A stretch of DNA of 64,000 nt, taken from contig CAVSIV010000006.1 of NCBI GenBank assembly GCA_963728205.1, positions 512,001 to 576,000 on the forward strand. The letters are read 5' to 3'. The notes beneath the pieces were generated by a model, which was given only the letters and a program-made list of their open reading frames with translations, was not told the origin of the DNA and did not search any database. Source of the DNA: an uncultured Chloroflexia bacterium (GTDB lineage: Bacteria > Chloroflexota > Dehalococcoidia > UBA2979). The translations under genes and the position numbers were made by a program. How positions within the stretch are numbered: the first letter of the stretch is position 1; the number at the start of each line of letters is the position of its first letter. Of this stretch, positions 18,475 through 28,562 are shown piece after piece.

Positions 18475-18692
18475 AGTCTCTCCGCGCTACCGGTCGGTCG
18501 GCGGACCGCCTGGCGGCGGACCGCCGACCTCCCTATCTGCCTGCGCTCCCTCCGCTGTCGCTGCGCTCGCTCCGGCGAGCGCGCGGGTGCTGCGGAGGGG
18601 GCGCGTGGTCGCGGGTCCGCACCCGCCGGGCAGCCTACCGCGTCACGCCATCCCGCGGTGCGCTAGGCTCCCTCGGCACCGAAGGAGCACGC

Positions 18693-19487
18693 ATGGATCT
18701 TGGCCTGACGAACAAAGTCGCCGTCGTCACCGGCGGCAGCGAGGGCATCGGCAAGGCCGCCGCCACGTCGCTCGCGCGCGAAGGGGCGCGCGTCGCCATC
18801 GCGGCGCGCCGACCGGATGTGCTCGAACGCGCCGCGGACGAGATCCGCGCCGCGGCCGGCGCCGGCGAGGTGATGGCCGTCCCCTGCGACGTCACCGACG
18901 AGTCGCAGGTGCGCGCGCTCGTCGCCGCGGTGGTCGCGAGCTGGGGCGGCGTCGACATCCTCGTGAACAACGCCGGCAAGTCGGCCGCGCAGCGCTTCGA
19001 AGACGTGACCGACGAGACATGGGAGACCGACCTCGGCATCAAGGTCTACGGCGCGATCTACTGCACGCGCGCGGTGCTCCCGCACATGAAGGCCGCCGGC
19101 GGGGGCCGCGTCATCAACATCACGACGCCCGGCGGCAAGGCCGCGGGCGGCAACTCGCTGCCGACCTCGATGGCCCGCGCGGCGGGTATCGCGCTGACGA
19201 AGGCGATGTCGCGCGACTTCGCCGCCGACGGCATCCTCGTGAACACGGTGTGCATCGGCCTGATCAAGAGCGGCCAGCATGAGCGCCGCTACGAGCGCAT
19301 GCAGGAGAGCAACCCGTCGATGACGCTCGAGCAGATGTACGAGCGGATGGGCGAGCGCGTGCCGCTCGGACGCGTCGGCGAAGCCGCCGAGGCCGGCGAC
19401 GTGATCTGCTTCCTCGCCTCGGAGCGGGCCTCGTACGTGACGGGCGCATCGGTGAACATCGACGGCGGATCGTCGCCGGTCGTGTGA
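18693..19487 (+). CDS. SDR family oxidoreductase
   Basis: TGGSEGIG, DILVNNAG and YVTGASVNIDGG motifs. Confidence 0.92.
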   Translation: MDLGLTNKVAVVTGGSEGIGKAAATSLAREGARVAIAARRPDVLERAADEIRAAAGAGEVMAVPCDVTDESQVRALVAAVVASWGGVDILVNNAGKSAAQRFEDVTDETWETDLGIKVYGAIYCTRAVLPHMKAAGGGRVINITTPGGKAAGGNSLPTSMARAAGIALTKAMSRDFAADGILVNTVCIGLIKSGQHERRYERMQESNPSMTLEQMYERMGERVPLGRVGEAAEAGDVICFLASERASYVTGASVNIDGGSSPVV

Positions 19488-19493
19488 GACGCG

Positions 19494-19622
19494 ACGCGGC
19501 AACGCGGCGACGCGGCCACGCGGCCACGCGGCAACGCGGCAACGCGGCAACGCGGCAACGCGGCAACGCGGCAACGCGGCAACGCGGCAACGCGGCAACG
19601 CGGCAACGCGGCAACGCGGCAC
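19494..19622. repeat. 8-bp tandem repeat (ACGCGGCA) of about 16 units
   Basis: Read directly; three variant units near the 5' end. Confidence 0.95.
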
Positions 19623-19708
19623 TCGCCTCAGCGGCGGCAGATATGCCGCCGACCTGTCGGCGGCATATCTGCCGCCGCTGAGGGTTCCGGACGACAGGGA
19701 GGCCACTC

Positions 19709-20515
19709 ATCGCATTCGCAACCATCAACAGCGCCCGGCTCTGGTACGACGACGACGGCGGGCCGGGCGAGCCGATCCTCTTCCACCACGGCTACACCGC
19801 CTCGCGCGTGAACTGGATGCCGGTCGCCGACCGGCTGCGCGGCCGCTATCGGGTCATCCTCATGGAGTGCCGCGGCACCGGCGAGAGCGAGCACACCGCC
19901 GACGGCTACAACATCCCGCAGTACGCCGCGGACGTGGTCGGGATGCTCGATCACCTCGGCCTCCAGCGCGTCAGCTACGCGGGACACAGCATGGGCGGGG
20001 GCATTGGCATGTGGCTCGGGCTCGAGCACGCCGAGCGCCTCGACCGCCTCGTGCTGATGGCGGCCGTCCCCGCGGACGGTGTCCCCGAGATCCCGCAGGC
20101 GTTCCGCGACGAGGCGCTCCGCCAGCGGACCGAGGGCGACCGCGAGGCGATGCTCCGCCAGTACCGCGCGCAGCGCATCCGCCCCGAGGTCGAGACCGAG
20201 GCGTGGTTCAACGACCGCATCGACCACGTCCTCGGCGTCTCGGACGGCCACTACGTGCAGTCGATGGAGTCGATGCAGTCGCTAAGCGTCGGCGACCGGC
20301 TCGGCGACCTGTCGACGCCGACCCTCGTGATCGCCGGCGCCGCCGATGGGCTGCTCCACGCGAACCTCCGCGACTTCACGCGCATGCCGAACGCGACGCT
20401 GCACGTGCTCAGCCGCGTCGGCCACGAGGTCGCCGTGCAGGCGCCGGACGCCGTCGCCGCCGCGATCGACGACTTCATGCAGCACGGCGTGGTCCGGGCG
20501 GGTCGCCTCGGGTGA
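19709..20515 (+). CDS. Alpha/beta hydrolase (apparent ATC start)
   Basis: ILFHHG, GHSMGG, GAAD and VGH motifs; GGGAGG SD 6 nt before ATC. Confidence 0.88.
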   Translation: MAFATINSARLWYDDDGGPGEPILFHHGYTASRVNWMPVADRLRGRYRVILMECRGTGESEHTADGYNIPQYAADVVGMLDHLGLQRVSYAGHSMGGGIGMWLGLEHAERLDRLVLMAAVPADGVPEIPQAFRDEALRQRTEGDREAMLRQYRAQRIRPEVETEAWFNDRIDHVLGVSDGHYVQSMESMQSLSVGDRLGDLSTPTLVIAGAADGLLHANLRDFTRMPNATLHVLSRVGHEVAVQAPDAVAAAIDDFMQHGVVRAGRLG

Positions 20516-20674
20516 GCGGCGCGCCGGCCGGCGCACCTCCGGGCGAGCGGCAGGCGTGAGGCCTGCCGTGGATCGTGGTCGGCTCCGGCCCCGAGAGGCG
20601 GCCGCCTCCACGCTTCGGACGTGGCGACTGCACACGGCGGGCCTGAAGCCCGCCGTGCGCCGGGCGGCCGCCTC

Positions 20675-22051
20675 ATGACCGCCGACCTCTGGCGCCTCGA
20701 CGCGACCGCACAGGCCGACCTCGTCCGCCGCGGCGAGGTGTCGCCCGGCGAGCTGCTCGATGCCGCGCTGGCGCGCATCGACGCGCTGAACCCGCACCTC
20801 AACGCCGTCATCGCGCGGCTCGACGACCTCGCCCGCGCTCAGGCCGCGGAGCGCACGGGCGGTCCATTCGACGGCGTACCGCTGCTGCTGAAGGACGCCG
20901 GCGTCGAGGTCGCGGGCACGACGTGCTTCCTCGGCACGCGGCTGTTGCGCGACCTCGGCTACCGCTCGCCGCGCACCGACGAGATGGGGCGCCGCCTGCG
21001 CCGCGCGGGCTTCGTCTTCGCCGGCAAGACGAACGTGCCGCCGCTGTCGAACGGCGCCACGACCGAGCCGCCGGCGTTCGGCCCGACCCGCAACCCGTGG
21101 GCGGTCGACCGCACCGCCGGCGGGTCGAGCGGCGGCGCCGCGGCGGCGGTCGCCGCGGGCATGGTCTCGATGGCTCACGGCGCGGATGCGACCGGCTCGC
21201 TGCGCTTCCCCGCCAGCGCGTGCGGCGTCGCGACGCTCAACCCCTCGACCGGCCTGATCCCGTGCACGACGCCCGCCGGCCAGCCCGATCCCGTCGGCGC
21301 CTGGCGCACCTTCGTGCTCACGCGCACCGTGCGCGACCTCGCCGGCGCCTTCGACGCGCTCACCGCGCCGGGGGCCGTTCCGGCCCCGCCCGACCCGCTG
21401 CCGCGCCTGCGGGTCGGCCTGCTCCCGGACTTCCCCGGCTCGCGCGCGCCGGCCGAGGCCGACTGCGCGCGGGCCGTCGAGGCGGCCGGCGCCACGCTGG
21501 AGTCGCTCGGCCACCACGTCGAGATCGCGCACCCGGCGGGGCTCGCGACCCTGTTCCGCGACATCGGCCCCGCGTTCGCCGCCATCGTCGGGCACGCGCG
21601 CGCGGCGCAGCTCGCGTGGCTCGAAGGCGTCGCCGGGCGCGCGGTCACCGACGAGGAGACGCAGGCCGGCCTGGTCGCGCAGGCCGCCGCCGGCCGCGGC
21701 GTGACGCCGGCGCAGCTCGCCGCCGCGAGCGCGGCGGTGCGCGCCGCGCTCGCACCGATCGTCGCGTGGTGGGACGACCACGACGTGCTCGTGGGCCCGG
21801 TGATGCGCCGCGTGCCGTGGCCGCTGGGCGAGGACGCGGGCGCGGCACATGTCGGCGGCTTCGTCCAGGCGTGGTCGCTCTCCGGCCAGCCCGCCCTGTC
21901 GCTGCCGCTGCACTGGACGGCCGGCGACCTGCCCGTCGGCGTGCAGCTCGTCGGCGCGCCGCGCGCGGACCGCCTGCTGCTCGCGCTGGCCGCGGAGGTG
22001 GAGCAGGCGGCGCCGTGGGCGCACCGCTGGCCGGTGGTGGCGGGCGCCTGA
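20675..22051 (+). CDS. Amidase signature family protein
   Basis: [26 protein letters not shown] and GSLRFPA motifs. Confidence 0.93.
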   Translation: MTADLWRLDATAQADLVRRGEVSPGELLDAALARIDALNPHLNAVIARLDDLARAQAAERTGGPFDGVPLLLKDAGVEVAGTTCFLGTRLLRDLGYRSPRTDEMGRRLRRAGFVFAGKTNVPPLSNGATTEPPAFGPTRNPWAVDRTAGGSSGGAAAAVAAGMVSMAHGADATGSLRFPASACGVATLNPSTGLIPCTTPAGQPDPVGAWRTFVLTRTVRDLAGAFDALTAPGAVPAPPDPLPRLRVGLLPDFPGSRAPAEADCARAVEAAGATLESLGHHVEIAHPAGLATLFRDIGPAFAAIVGHARAAQLAWLEGVAGRAVTDEETQAGLVAQAAAGRGVTPAQLAAASAAVRAALAPIVAWWDDHDVLVGPVMRRVPWPLGEDAGAAHVGGFVQAWSLSGQPALSLPLHWTAGDLPVGVQLVGAPRADRLLLALAAEVEQAAPWAHRWPVVAGA

Positions 22052-22054
22052 CGA

Positions 22055-22290
22055 CGCGCGGCAGCCTCGGACGCCTGCGACGTGGCAGCGGCGCGCGGCA
22101 GACGTCCGAGCCTGCGACGTGCCAGCGGCGCGCGGCAGGCGTCCGAGCTGCGACGTGGCGGCGGCGCGCGGCAGGCGTCCGAGCCTGCCGTGTGCAAGGT
22201 TCGCTCCGCAGAAACAAGGTGGCCACCTCTCGCATCGTGGAGGTGGCCACTGCACACGGCAGGCTTGGACGCCTGCCGCGCGCCGGGGGG
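22055..22290. repeat. Cluster of REP-like family 2 hairpins (GCGCGGCAGGC-N5/6-GCCTGCCGTGTGCA)
   Basis: Also at about 17368, 20629, 23300-23380, 29553, 32747 and 34231. Confidence 0.85.
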
Positions 22291-22307
22291 CTTACGCCCC
22301 CGCGCCG

Positions 22308-23249
22308 TTAGCGTTCCGGGCCCTCCGGCACCGTCGCCCTGCCGTCGCCGCCGCTGCCGGCCAGCGGACGGTCGACCGGCGCGCTCGCGTAGCGGCCGCG
22401 GAAGTCACGGAACGGACCGTCGCGCCACTCGAGCGCGCCCTTCAGGCCCTCCTCGCGCACGTGGCGGCCCCACTCCGACGCCGCCGGGCGGTGCTTGCTC
22501 ATCGCCTCGACGTCCGTGCCCGACATCAGCCCGTTGCGGATGCCCATGGCCTCGTACTGCCGGTTCACCGACCGCTTCGAGTACATGAGCATGTCGTTGT
22601 CGATATGCGCCATGCGGCGCGCGAAGCGCTCGGTGAACTCCACCAGCTGGTCGGCCGGCACGGCGTAGGTGGCCCAGCCGAGCTGCGCCATGTCGCGCCC
22701 GCTGAACGAGTCGCCGACATAGGCGAACTCGCGCGCCTTCGTCATCGGCAGGTGCCAGGGCGCCCACATGATGTCCATCGTGCCCATCGCGCGCACCGGC
22801 GGGTACCCGATCTGCGCGTCCTCGGCGACGATGCGGAAGTCGCAGAACGACGCCAGCTCGGTGCCGCCCGCGAGGCAGTAGCCGTGCACCTGCGCGACCA
22901 CCGGCTTCGCCAGCTCCCAGATGATCCAGTTCCCGAGCAGCACGTGGCGCGACCAGTCGTAGTGCGCGGGATGCGTCGTGCCGGTGTCGGGGAGCTTGGA
23001 GCGCGGGTGCACGTACGGCGAATCGGCGGACGCCTCGCGCGACGGGCTGAGGTCGTAGCCGGCGCTGAAGGCGCGGCCGGCCGCGCGCAGGACGATGACG
23101 CCCACCTCGCGGTCCGCCTCGGCCTCCTTCAGCGCGTGGAAGACCTCGCCGCGCAGCTCGTTCGAGAGCGCGTTGAGCTTCTCGGGGCGGTTGAGCGTGA
23201 TGTACGCCAGCCGGCCGTCGGTCTCGTAGAGAATGTTGTCGTAGGTCAT
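22308..23249 (-). CDS. Enoyl-CoA hydratase/isomerase
   Basis: ITLNRPEKLNAL, AFSAGYDL and KPVVAQVHGYCLAGGTEL motifs. Confidence 0.92.
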   Translation of the reverse strand: MTYDNILYETDGRLAYITLNRPEKLNALSNELRGEVFHALKEAEADREVGVIVLRAAGRAFSAGYDLSPSREASADSPYVHPRSKLPDTGTTHPAHYDWSRHVLLGNWIIWELAKPVVAQVHGYCLAGGTELASFCDFRIVAEDAQIGYPPVRAMGTMDIMWAPWHLPMTKAREFAYVGDSFSGRDMAQLGWATYAVPADQLVEFTERFARRMAHIDNDMLMYSKRSVNRQYEAMGIRNGLMSGTDVEAMSKHRPAASEWGRHVREEGLKGALEWRDGPFRDFRGRYASAPVDRPLAGSGGDGRATVPEGPER

Positions 23250-23387
23250 GGGGTCTCCTCCGTGAACGTGAGCCGCCGGGAGTATCCTGGCGGTTCGCCG
23301 GGCGCGCGGCAGGCGTCCGAGCCTGCCGTGTGCAGTGGCCGCCTCCGCAGGCGCGGCAGGCTCGGAGGCCTGCCGCGCGCCGTCCTC

Positions 23388-24632
23388 TTACTCGACGATC
23401 GACGAGTACACGAGCGAGTGCAGCTGCCGCCGGAAGTCGTACGTCGCCGACGGCATCAGCTGCGTCATGAAGATCACGATCAGGTCCTCGATCGGGTCGA
23501 TCCAGAAGATGGTGCTGGCGGCGCCGCCCCAGTAGTACGTCCCGACCGACGACAGCTGCTTCGACTTCGCCTGGTCGACGTGCACCGCGACGCCGAGGCC
23601 GAAGCCGTTGCCGGCGTTCTGCGTCTCGCTGAACGACGCGATTGCCATGTCGGTCAGGTCCTGCCCGCCGGGGAGGTGGTTCATCGACATCAGGTCGACC
23701 GTCTTCGGGCCGAGCAGGCGGACGCCGTCGAGCTCGCCGCCGTTCGCGAGCATCTGGCAGAAGCGCAGGTAGTCGCCGGCGGTCGAGACCAGGCCGCCGC
23801 CGCCGCTGAAGAACGTCGTCGGCCTGCGGTACTCGCTCGTCTCGGGGTCGTCGCCGAGCTCGAGCCGCGTCTTCGGCGTGCGGCGGTAGTTCGCCGCGAA
23901 GCGGTCGGCCTGCGCGTCGCTCACCATGAAGCCGGTGTCGACCATGCCGAGCGGGTCGAAGATGCGCTCCTTCAGGAACTGGTCGAACGGGACGCCGGCG
24001 ATCTCCTGCACGAGGTAGCCGATGACGTCGATGGCCAGCGAGTACTTCCAGCGCGTGCCGGGCGAGTACTCGAGTGGCGCCTCGGCCAGCCGGTCGACCA
24101 TCTCCTGCAGCGTGCCGGAGCGCCCGGCGCGCACGCCGAGCTTCTCGTACGCCTCGTCCACGGGGGAGTTCGCCGGGTCGAAGCCGTACGACAGGCCGGA
24201 CGTGTGCGTGAACAGGTCGCCGATCTGCATCGGCCGCTCGGGCGGCGCGGTGACGATGTCCGGGTAGCGGCCGGACTGGTAGACGCGCAGGTGCTTCCAC
24301 GAGGGGATGTAGCGGTCGACGGGGCGGTCGAGCTGGAACAGGCCCTCCTCGAAGAGCATGAGCAGCGCGACACACGCGATCGGCTTCGTCATCGAGTAGA
24401 TGCGGTAGATGGTGTCGCGCCGGGTCGCCCGGTCGCGCTCGACGTCCATGCGCCCGTGCGGCTGGAAGTAGGCGACCTCGTTGTCGCGGGCGACGACGGT
24501 GAGCCCGCCGGCGATGCGCCCCTCGTCGACGTAGCGCTGCGCCCAGGCGTCGATGCGGGCGAGGCGGTCGAGCGACAGCCCGGCGACGACGTCGTCGCCG
24601 GTGCGGGCGGTGTGGCGTTCCTCGGTGATCAT
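23388..24632 (-). CDS. Serine hydrolase (beta-lactamase class C-like esterase family)
   Basis: SMTK (SxxK), LFTHTSGL, PGTRWKYS and WGGAAST motifs. Confidence 0.92.
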   Translation of the reverse strand: MITEERHTARTGDDVVAGLSLDRLARIDAWAQRYVDEGRIAGGLTVVARDNEVAYFQPHGRMDVERDRATRRDTIYRIYSMTKPIACVALLMLFEEGLFQLDRPVDRYIPSWKHLRVYQSGRYPDIVTAPPERPMQIGDLFTHTSGLSYGFDPANSPVDEAYEKLGVRAGRSGTLQEMVDRLAEAPLEYSPGTRWKYSLAIDVIGYLVQEIAGVPFDQFLKERIFDPLGMVDTGFMVSDAQADRFAANYRRTPKTRLELGDDPETSEYRRPTTFFSGGGGLVSTAGDYLRFCQMLANGGELDGVRLLGPKTVDLMSMNHLPGGQDLTDMAIASFSETQNAGNGFGLGVAVHVDQAKSKQLSSVGTYYWGGAASTIFWIDPIEDLIVIFMTQLMPSATYDFRRQLHSLVYSSIVE

Positions 24633-24709
24633 GGTGCCCCCTGCGGTGTGCGGTGTGTCCGCCGGGATGATACGCGCGGGGTGCCGGTGCCGCCGTGGCC
24701 GGCGCGCGG

Positions 24710-24972
24710 CTCGGCGGCGTGTCTGCCGTCAGTCGCTGGTGCAATCGGCGGCAGACACGCCGCCGATACCATCCGCCGCGCCAGCGGCGACGCCGCGCGC
24801 GAGTGGGCTGCCGCCCACTTCAAATCGGCGGCGTGTCTGCCGCCGCTTGCGAGGTGGCCGGGGCGGCGTGTCTGCCGCCGCTTGCGAGGTGGCCGGGGCG
24901 GCGTGTCTGCCGCCGCTTGCGAGGTGGCCGGGGCGGCGTGTCTGCCGCCGCTCGCGAGGTGGCCGGGGCGGC
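24710..24972. repeat. REP-like family 1 cluster including about four tandem ~36-bp units
   Basis: GGCGGCGTGTCTGCCGCCGCTTGCGAGGTGGCCGG repeated. Confidence 0.9.
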
Positions 24973-24997
24973 GGCTCTGCCGTGCACCGAGCACCCG

Positions 24998-26005
24998 CTA
25001 GCGCGGGCGCAGGCCCGCGCCGACCCGCAACGTCGCCCGCAGCGCCGCCTCGTCCGCCTCGAGCGCCGGGAGGCGCTCGTCCAGCGACCGCCGCACCGAC
25101 TCCAGCAGCCACGGCCGGGGGTCGTGCGCCGCGATCGCGAGCGGCAACGCCGTGTTCCAGATCTCGTTCGCGACCATCAGCGCCGGCAGCAGGTCCGCCT
25201 CCTCCGGGCGCAGCCGCGGCTGCGCGTGCGCCGCGTAGCCGGCCATCCAGTAGTGGAGGAACGTGCGGTCCGGCCAGCAGTCAATCACAAGGCTGCGTGC
25301 CATATCCGCCACGCGCGCGTCGGCGTGCGCGAAGTCGAAGTCGAGCAGGCCCGTCACGTCGTTCTGCTCGAAGAGGACGTTGTTGCCGAGGCACTCGTTG
25401 TAGACGACGACGTCCGGCTCGGCGTCGTAGCCGAGGCGGCGCAGCTCATCGACGTTGCGCGCGCGGAAACCGGCGAGCGCACGCGCGCGGTCGAGGTCCT
25501 GGTCCGCGTACCAGTGCAGCAGCGCGTCGACCGAGTCGAAGCCCTGGCGGCGCAGGTGCACGTCGAGATCCGTGACGCGGCCCCACGCCGGCCGCTGGCC
25601 GGGCGCCGGCCAGTGCGTCATGTCCTCGTGGAGCAGCGCCAGCACCACGCCCTTGCGCTGCTGGAAGATCGTCTCGCGCGGCGGCGGCGCGCCCTCGAGG
25701 AACGGGAAGAGCGACCAGCGGCCGTGCTCCGTGTCGACGAGCGTGCGGCCGTCGACGCTCGGGATCGGCGGCGCGACCGGCCAGTCGCGGTCGGCGAGGA
25801 AGCGCAGCAGGTCGTGCTCGTAGGGAATCGACTCCTGCGCCTGGCGGGGGCGGTACCGGCGCAGCACGCGCGGCTCGCCGCCGGGCGTGCCGATGCGCCA
25901 GTGCTCGTTGACGGTCCCGCCCCCGAGCGGGTCCATGGTGAAGAAGTCGATGCCCCAGGCACCGAGAGCGTCGGCGACGGCGACGTCGTTGGAGTCGTCA
26001 GGCAC
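24998..26005 (-). CDS. APH / type II homoserine kinase-like phosphotransferase (catalytic loop diverged)
   Basis: GGTVN, YEHDLL and LLDFD motifs; the HxD...N loop reads YNECLGNN. Confidence 0.75.
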   Translation of the reverse strand: MPDDSNDVAVADALGAWGIDFFTMDPLGGGTVNEHWRIGTPGGEPRVLRRYRPRQAQESIPYEHDLLRFLADRDWPVAPPIPSVDGRTLVDTEHGRWSLFPFLEGAPPPRETIFQQRKGVVLALLHEDMTHWPAPGQRPAWGRVTDLDVHLRRQGFDSVDALLHWYADQDLDRARALAGFRARNVDELRRLGYDAEPDVVVYNECLGNNVLFEQNDVTGLLDFDFAHADARVADMARSLVIDCWPDRTFLHYWMAGYAAHAQPRLRPEEADLLPALMVANEIWNTALPLAIAAHDPRPWLLESVRRSLDERLPALEADEAALRATLRVGAGLRPR

Positions 26006-26260
26006 GCGGCATCCGGTCCGAGGTGACGGGTGGTGGTGGGCGCGGGCGTCGCGCCACGCACCCATCTTCGCACACGCGCCGCCGGGGGCGAGCGCCGGCG
26101 TGGACGCGCCCTCCACGCGCAGTCAACGGCGCGCTTCTAGATTCGCGTCGACGCGGCACGGCCGGGGGATCCCGACCGGCGCGGTCGCCGGTACCGGAGG
26201 GGGAACAGCGAGGCGCGCCGCCCGCCCCCGGACCGGCGAGAGGCGCGCCGGGAGCGTGAC

Positions 26261-27022
26261 GTGTTGCACGTCGACCTCGCCACGACGCTCGTCGGACTGC
26301 TGGTCGGCTTCGTCGTCGGCATGACGGGGATGGGCGGCGGCGCGCTGATGACGCCGCTGCTCGTGCTGCTGCTCGGCGTCCCGCCGCTCGCCGCGGTCGG
26401 CAGCGACCTCGCGGCGTCGGTCGTGATCAAGCCTGCGGGCGGCCTGCTGCACCTGCGCCGCGGGACGGTGCGGCTCGACCTCGTGCTCTGGCTCTCGCTC
26501 GGCTCGGTCCCCGCCGCGCTGATCGGGTCGCTCGCGGTGCGGGCCGCCGGGGGCGACGCCGCCGGCAGCCTGCTGCGCGAGGCGATCGGGCTCGCGCTGA
26601 TCGCGTCGGCGACGTCGTCGCTGCTGCGCGGGCGGCTGCGCGCGCGCCGCGCCGGGCGGCCGCTCGCGCTGCGGCGCCGCACCACCGTCGCGATCGGCGC
26701 GCTGGGCGGACTGCTCGTCGGGCTGACGTCGGTGGGCTCCGGGTCGGTCATCATCATGCTGCTGGTGTTCACGTACCCCGGGCTCAGCACCGCCGAGCTC
26801 GTCGGCACCGACCTGGTGCAGGCGGTTCCGCTGGTGGCCGCGGCGACGCTGGGGCACCTGGCGTTCGGCGACGTGCGGCCGGGGCTGACGCTGGCGCTGC
26901 TCGTGGGCGCGCTGCCGGGCGTCGTCGCCGGCGCGCACGTGTCGTCGCGCGCGCCGGAGCGCGTGGTGCGACCCGCGCTGGCACTGGTACTGCTGACGAC
27001 GGGGCTGAAGCTGGTGCTGTGA
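26261..27022 (+). CDS. TSUP/TauE-SafE family transporter
   Basis: GMTGMGGGALMTP, VGSDL, GLTSVGSG and VGTDL motifs; hydrophobic. Confidence 0.9.
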   Translation: MLHVDLATTLVGLLVGFVVGMTGMGGGALMTPLLVLLLGVPPLAAVGSDLAASVVIKPAGGLLHLRRGTVRLDLVLWLSLGSVPAALIGSLAVRAAGGDAAGSLLREAIGLALIASATSSLLRGRLRARRAGRPLALRRRTTVAIGALGGLLVGLTSVGSGSVIIMLLVFTYPGLSTAELVGTDLVQAVPLVAAATLGHLAFGDVRPGLTLALLVGALPGVVAGAHVSSRAPERVVRPALALVLLTTGLKLVL

Positions 27023-27061
27023 CGCCGGGCGGGCCGGGCGGGCCGAGGGGCCCGTGCCGGG

Positions 27062-27472
27062 CTAGACGTCGCCCCAGCGCGGGCGGCGCGCCGGAGCGCG
27101 CGCCGGCGCCGCCGGCTTCGGCTGCGTCTCGGCCCGCGCGCGGCGCGTGGACGTCACGCGCGCCGACGCATCGGCGCCGCGCCGCGCGTTCTGGCGCGGC
27201 ATCGCCCCGGTGATCGCCTTGTACTCGAAGAGCAGGTCGCGACGCCGGTCGTGCGGGAACGGAGTCGGCTCGACCACGAATCCCGTGATCTCCTCGTCCG
27301 AGCCGATCGACTGCGTGGCGAGTCGGGATTCCAGCGTCTCGCGCAGGCTGTGCTCCGCGACGCCGATGAAGACGACGTCGCGGCGGCAGAACAGCGCGAA
27401 GACCCCGGGCTCGTCCGGGACGGCCTTCACGTCGCGGGGGTCGAACGCGAACGGTTCGCCCGTGATCGGCAT
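27062..27472 (-). CDS. GIY-YIG-like small protein with degenerate motifs
   Basis: PGVF...FIG...LRETL...G-x-P-x-x-N pattern. Confidence 0.55.
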   Translation of the reverse strand: MPITGEPFAFDPRDVKAVPDEPGVFALFCRRDVVFIGVAEHSLRETLESRLATQSIGSDEEITGFVVEPTPFPHDRRRDLLFEYKAITGAMPRQNARRGADASARVTSTRRARAETQPKPAAPARAPARRPRWGDV

Positions 27473-27752
27473 GGCGTATTCCCATCGCAGGCCGGGGCCG
27501 GTCAACCCACAGCAATGAAGTTCACGGGATCATCGACCGGCCCGGCCGGCCCCACAGCCCCCAGGATTTCGCGCCCGCGCTCCGAAATCTCACGAAACCT
27601 CCGCGCGCCGGCGGCGCCGCCCTTCAGACGGGCCCGCCCCGTTCCGATAGTGGAATCGAGAGAGTCCGTGCCGGCGGCTGGACCGGTCCCCCAGAGATCT
27701 CCCCCCGACGAGGCGTCACCAGGATGGACGCCGCGTCGCGGAGGCTTCCGCC

Positions 27753-28562
27753 ATGCAGATCGCACTGGATCTCCCGGTGCTCCCCGCAGCCCACGCCCGC
27801 GTCCTGGCCATCCTGGGCCAGCAGGTCGCGAGCATCAGCGAGGTCGTGCTCGTGGTGGAGAGCGACCCGTCGCTGACGGCATCGGTGCTACGCACCGCCA
27901 ACTCCGCCGCCTCGGCGCCGCTCACGCGCATCGCCACGACGAACAACGCGATCATCCGCATCGGCCTCTCGATGACGCGCCGCGTCCTGACCGGCGCCGT
28001 GCTCAAGGAGACCTTCCGCGGTCTCGAGCGCTCGGGCGTCGACGTCGACGAGATCTGGCGCCACCTGCTCGTGACCGCGCTGCTCAGCGAGGGATCGAGC
28101 GGCGACAACGCGGAGCGCACGGCGGCCTTCACGGCGGGGCTGCTGCACGACGTCGGCCGGCTGGCCATGGCGTCGAGCGCGCCCGAGCTCTACCGCAACG
28201 TCACCGAGCGGGTCGCCCGCGGCGAGGACGCCGCGTACGCCGAGCGCTCGGTATTCGGCCTCGACCACGTGGAGTGGGGCGTCGAGGTCGGCCGCGCGTG
28301 GGACTTCCCCGAGGAGGTGCTCGGAGCGATCGGGCAGCACCACGACGGCGGCACGGCACTCGCCGCCCGCACGCGCCTTGCGCGCGAGACGTCGTGGCGG
28401 CTCGGCATCGGCGACGGCCTGGCGACCTCCGAGGACGCGGCGATCGAGGACCCCGCGCAGCAGGCGCTCGTGGACGGCGTCGGCGGCAGCGAGCAGCTCA
28501 TGAAGCGCGTCGAGTGGTACCGCGGCGCGCTGCAGGTCGCCGGACCGCGAGGCGCCCCGTGA
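27753..28562 (+). CDS. Stand-alone HDOD domain protein
   Basis: LPVLP, DPSLTASVLRTANS, AGLLHDVG and DHVEWG...WDFP motifs. Confidence 0.9.
   Translation: MQIALDLPVLPAAHARVLAILGQQVASISEVVLVVESDPSLTASVLRTANSAASAPLTRIATTNNAIIRIGLSMTRRVLTGAVLKETFRGLERSGVDVDEIWRHLLVTALLSEGSSGDNAERTAAFTAGLLHDVGRLAMASSAPELYRNVTERVARGEDAAYAERSVFGLDHVEWGVEVGRAWDFPEEVLGAIGQHHDGGTALAARTRLARETSWRLGIGDGLATSEDAAIEDPAQQALVDGVGGSEQLMKRVEWYRGALQVAGPRGAP

Noticed and set aside
19264-19728. ORFs with AALPRCRV or RQRGNAAT repeats
   Set aside because: Translations of the 8-bp microsatellite
23388-24632. True beta-lactamase resistance gene
   Set aside because: Motifs fit the broad esterase-like serine hydrolase family; no signal peptide and no KTG motif
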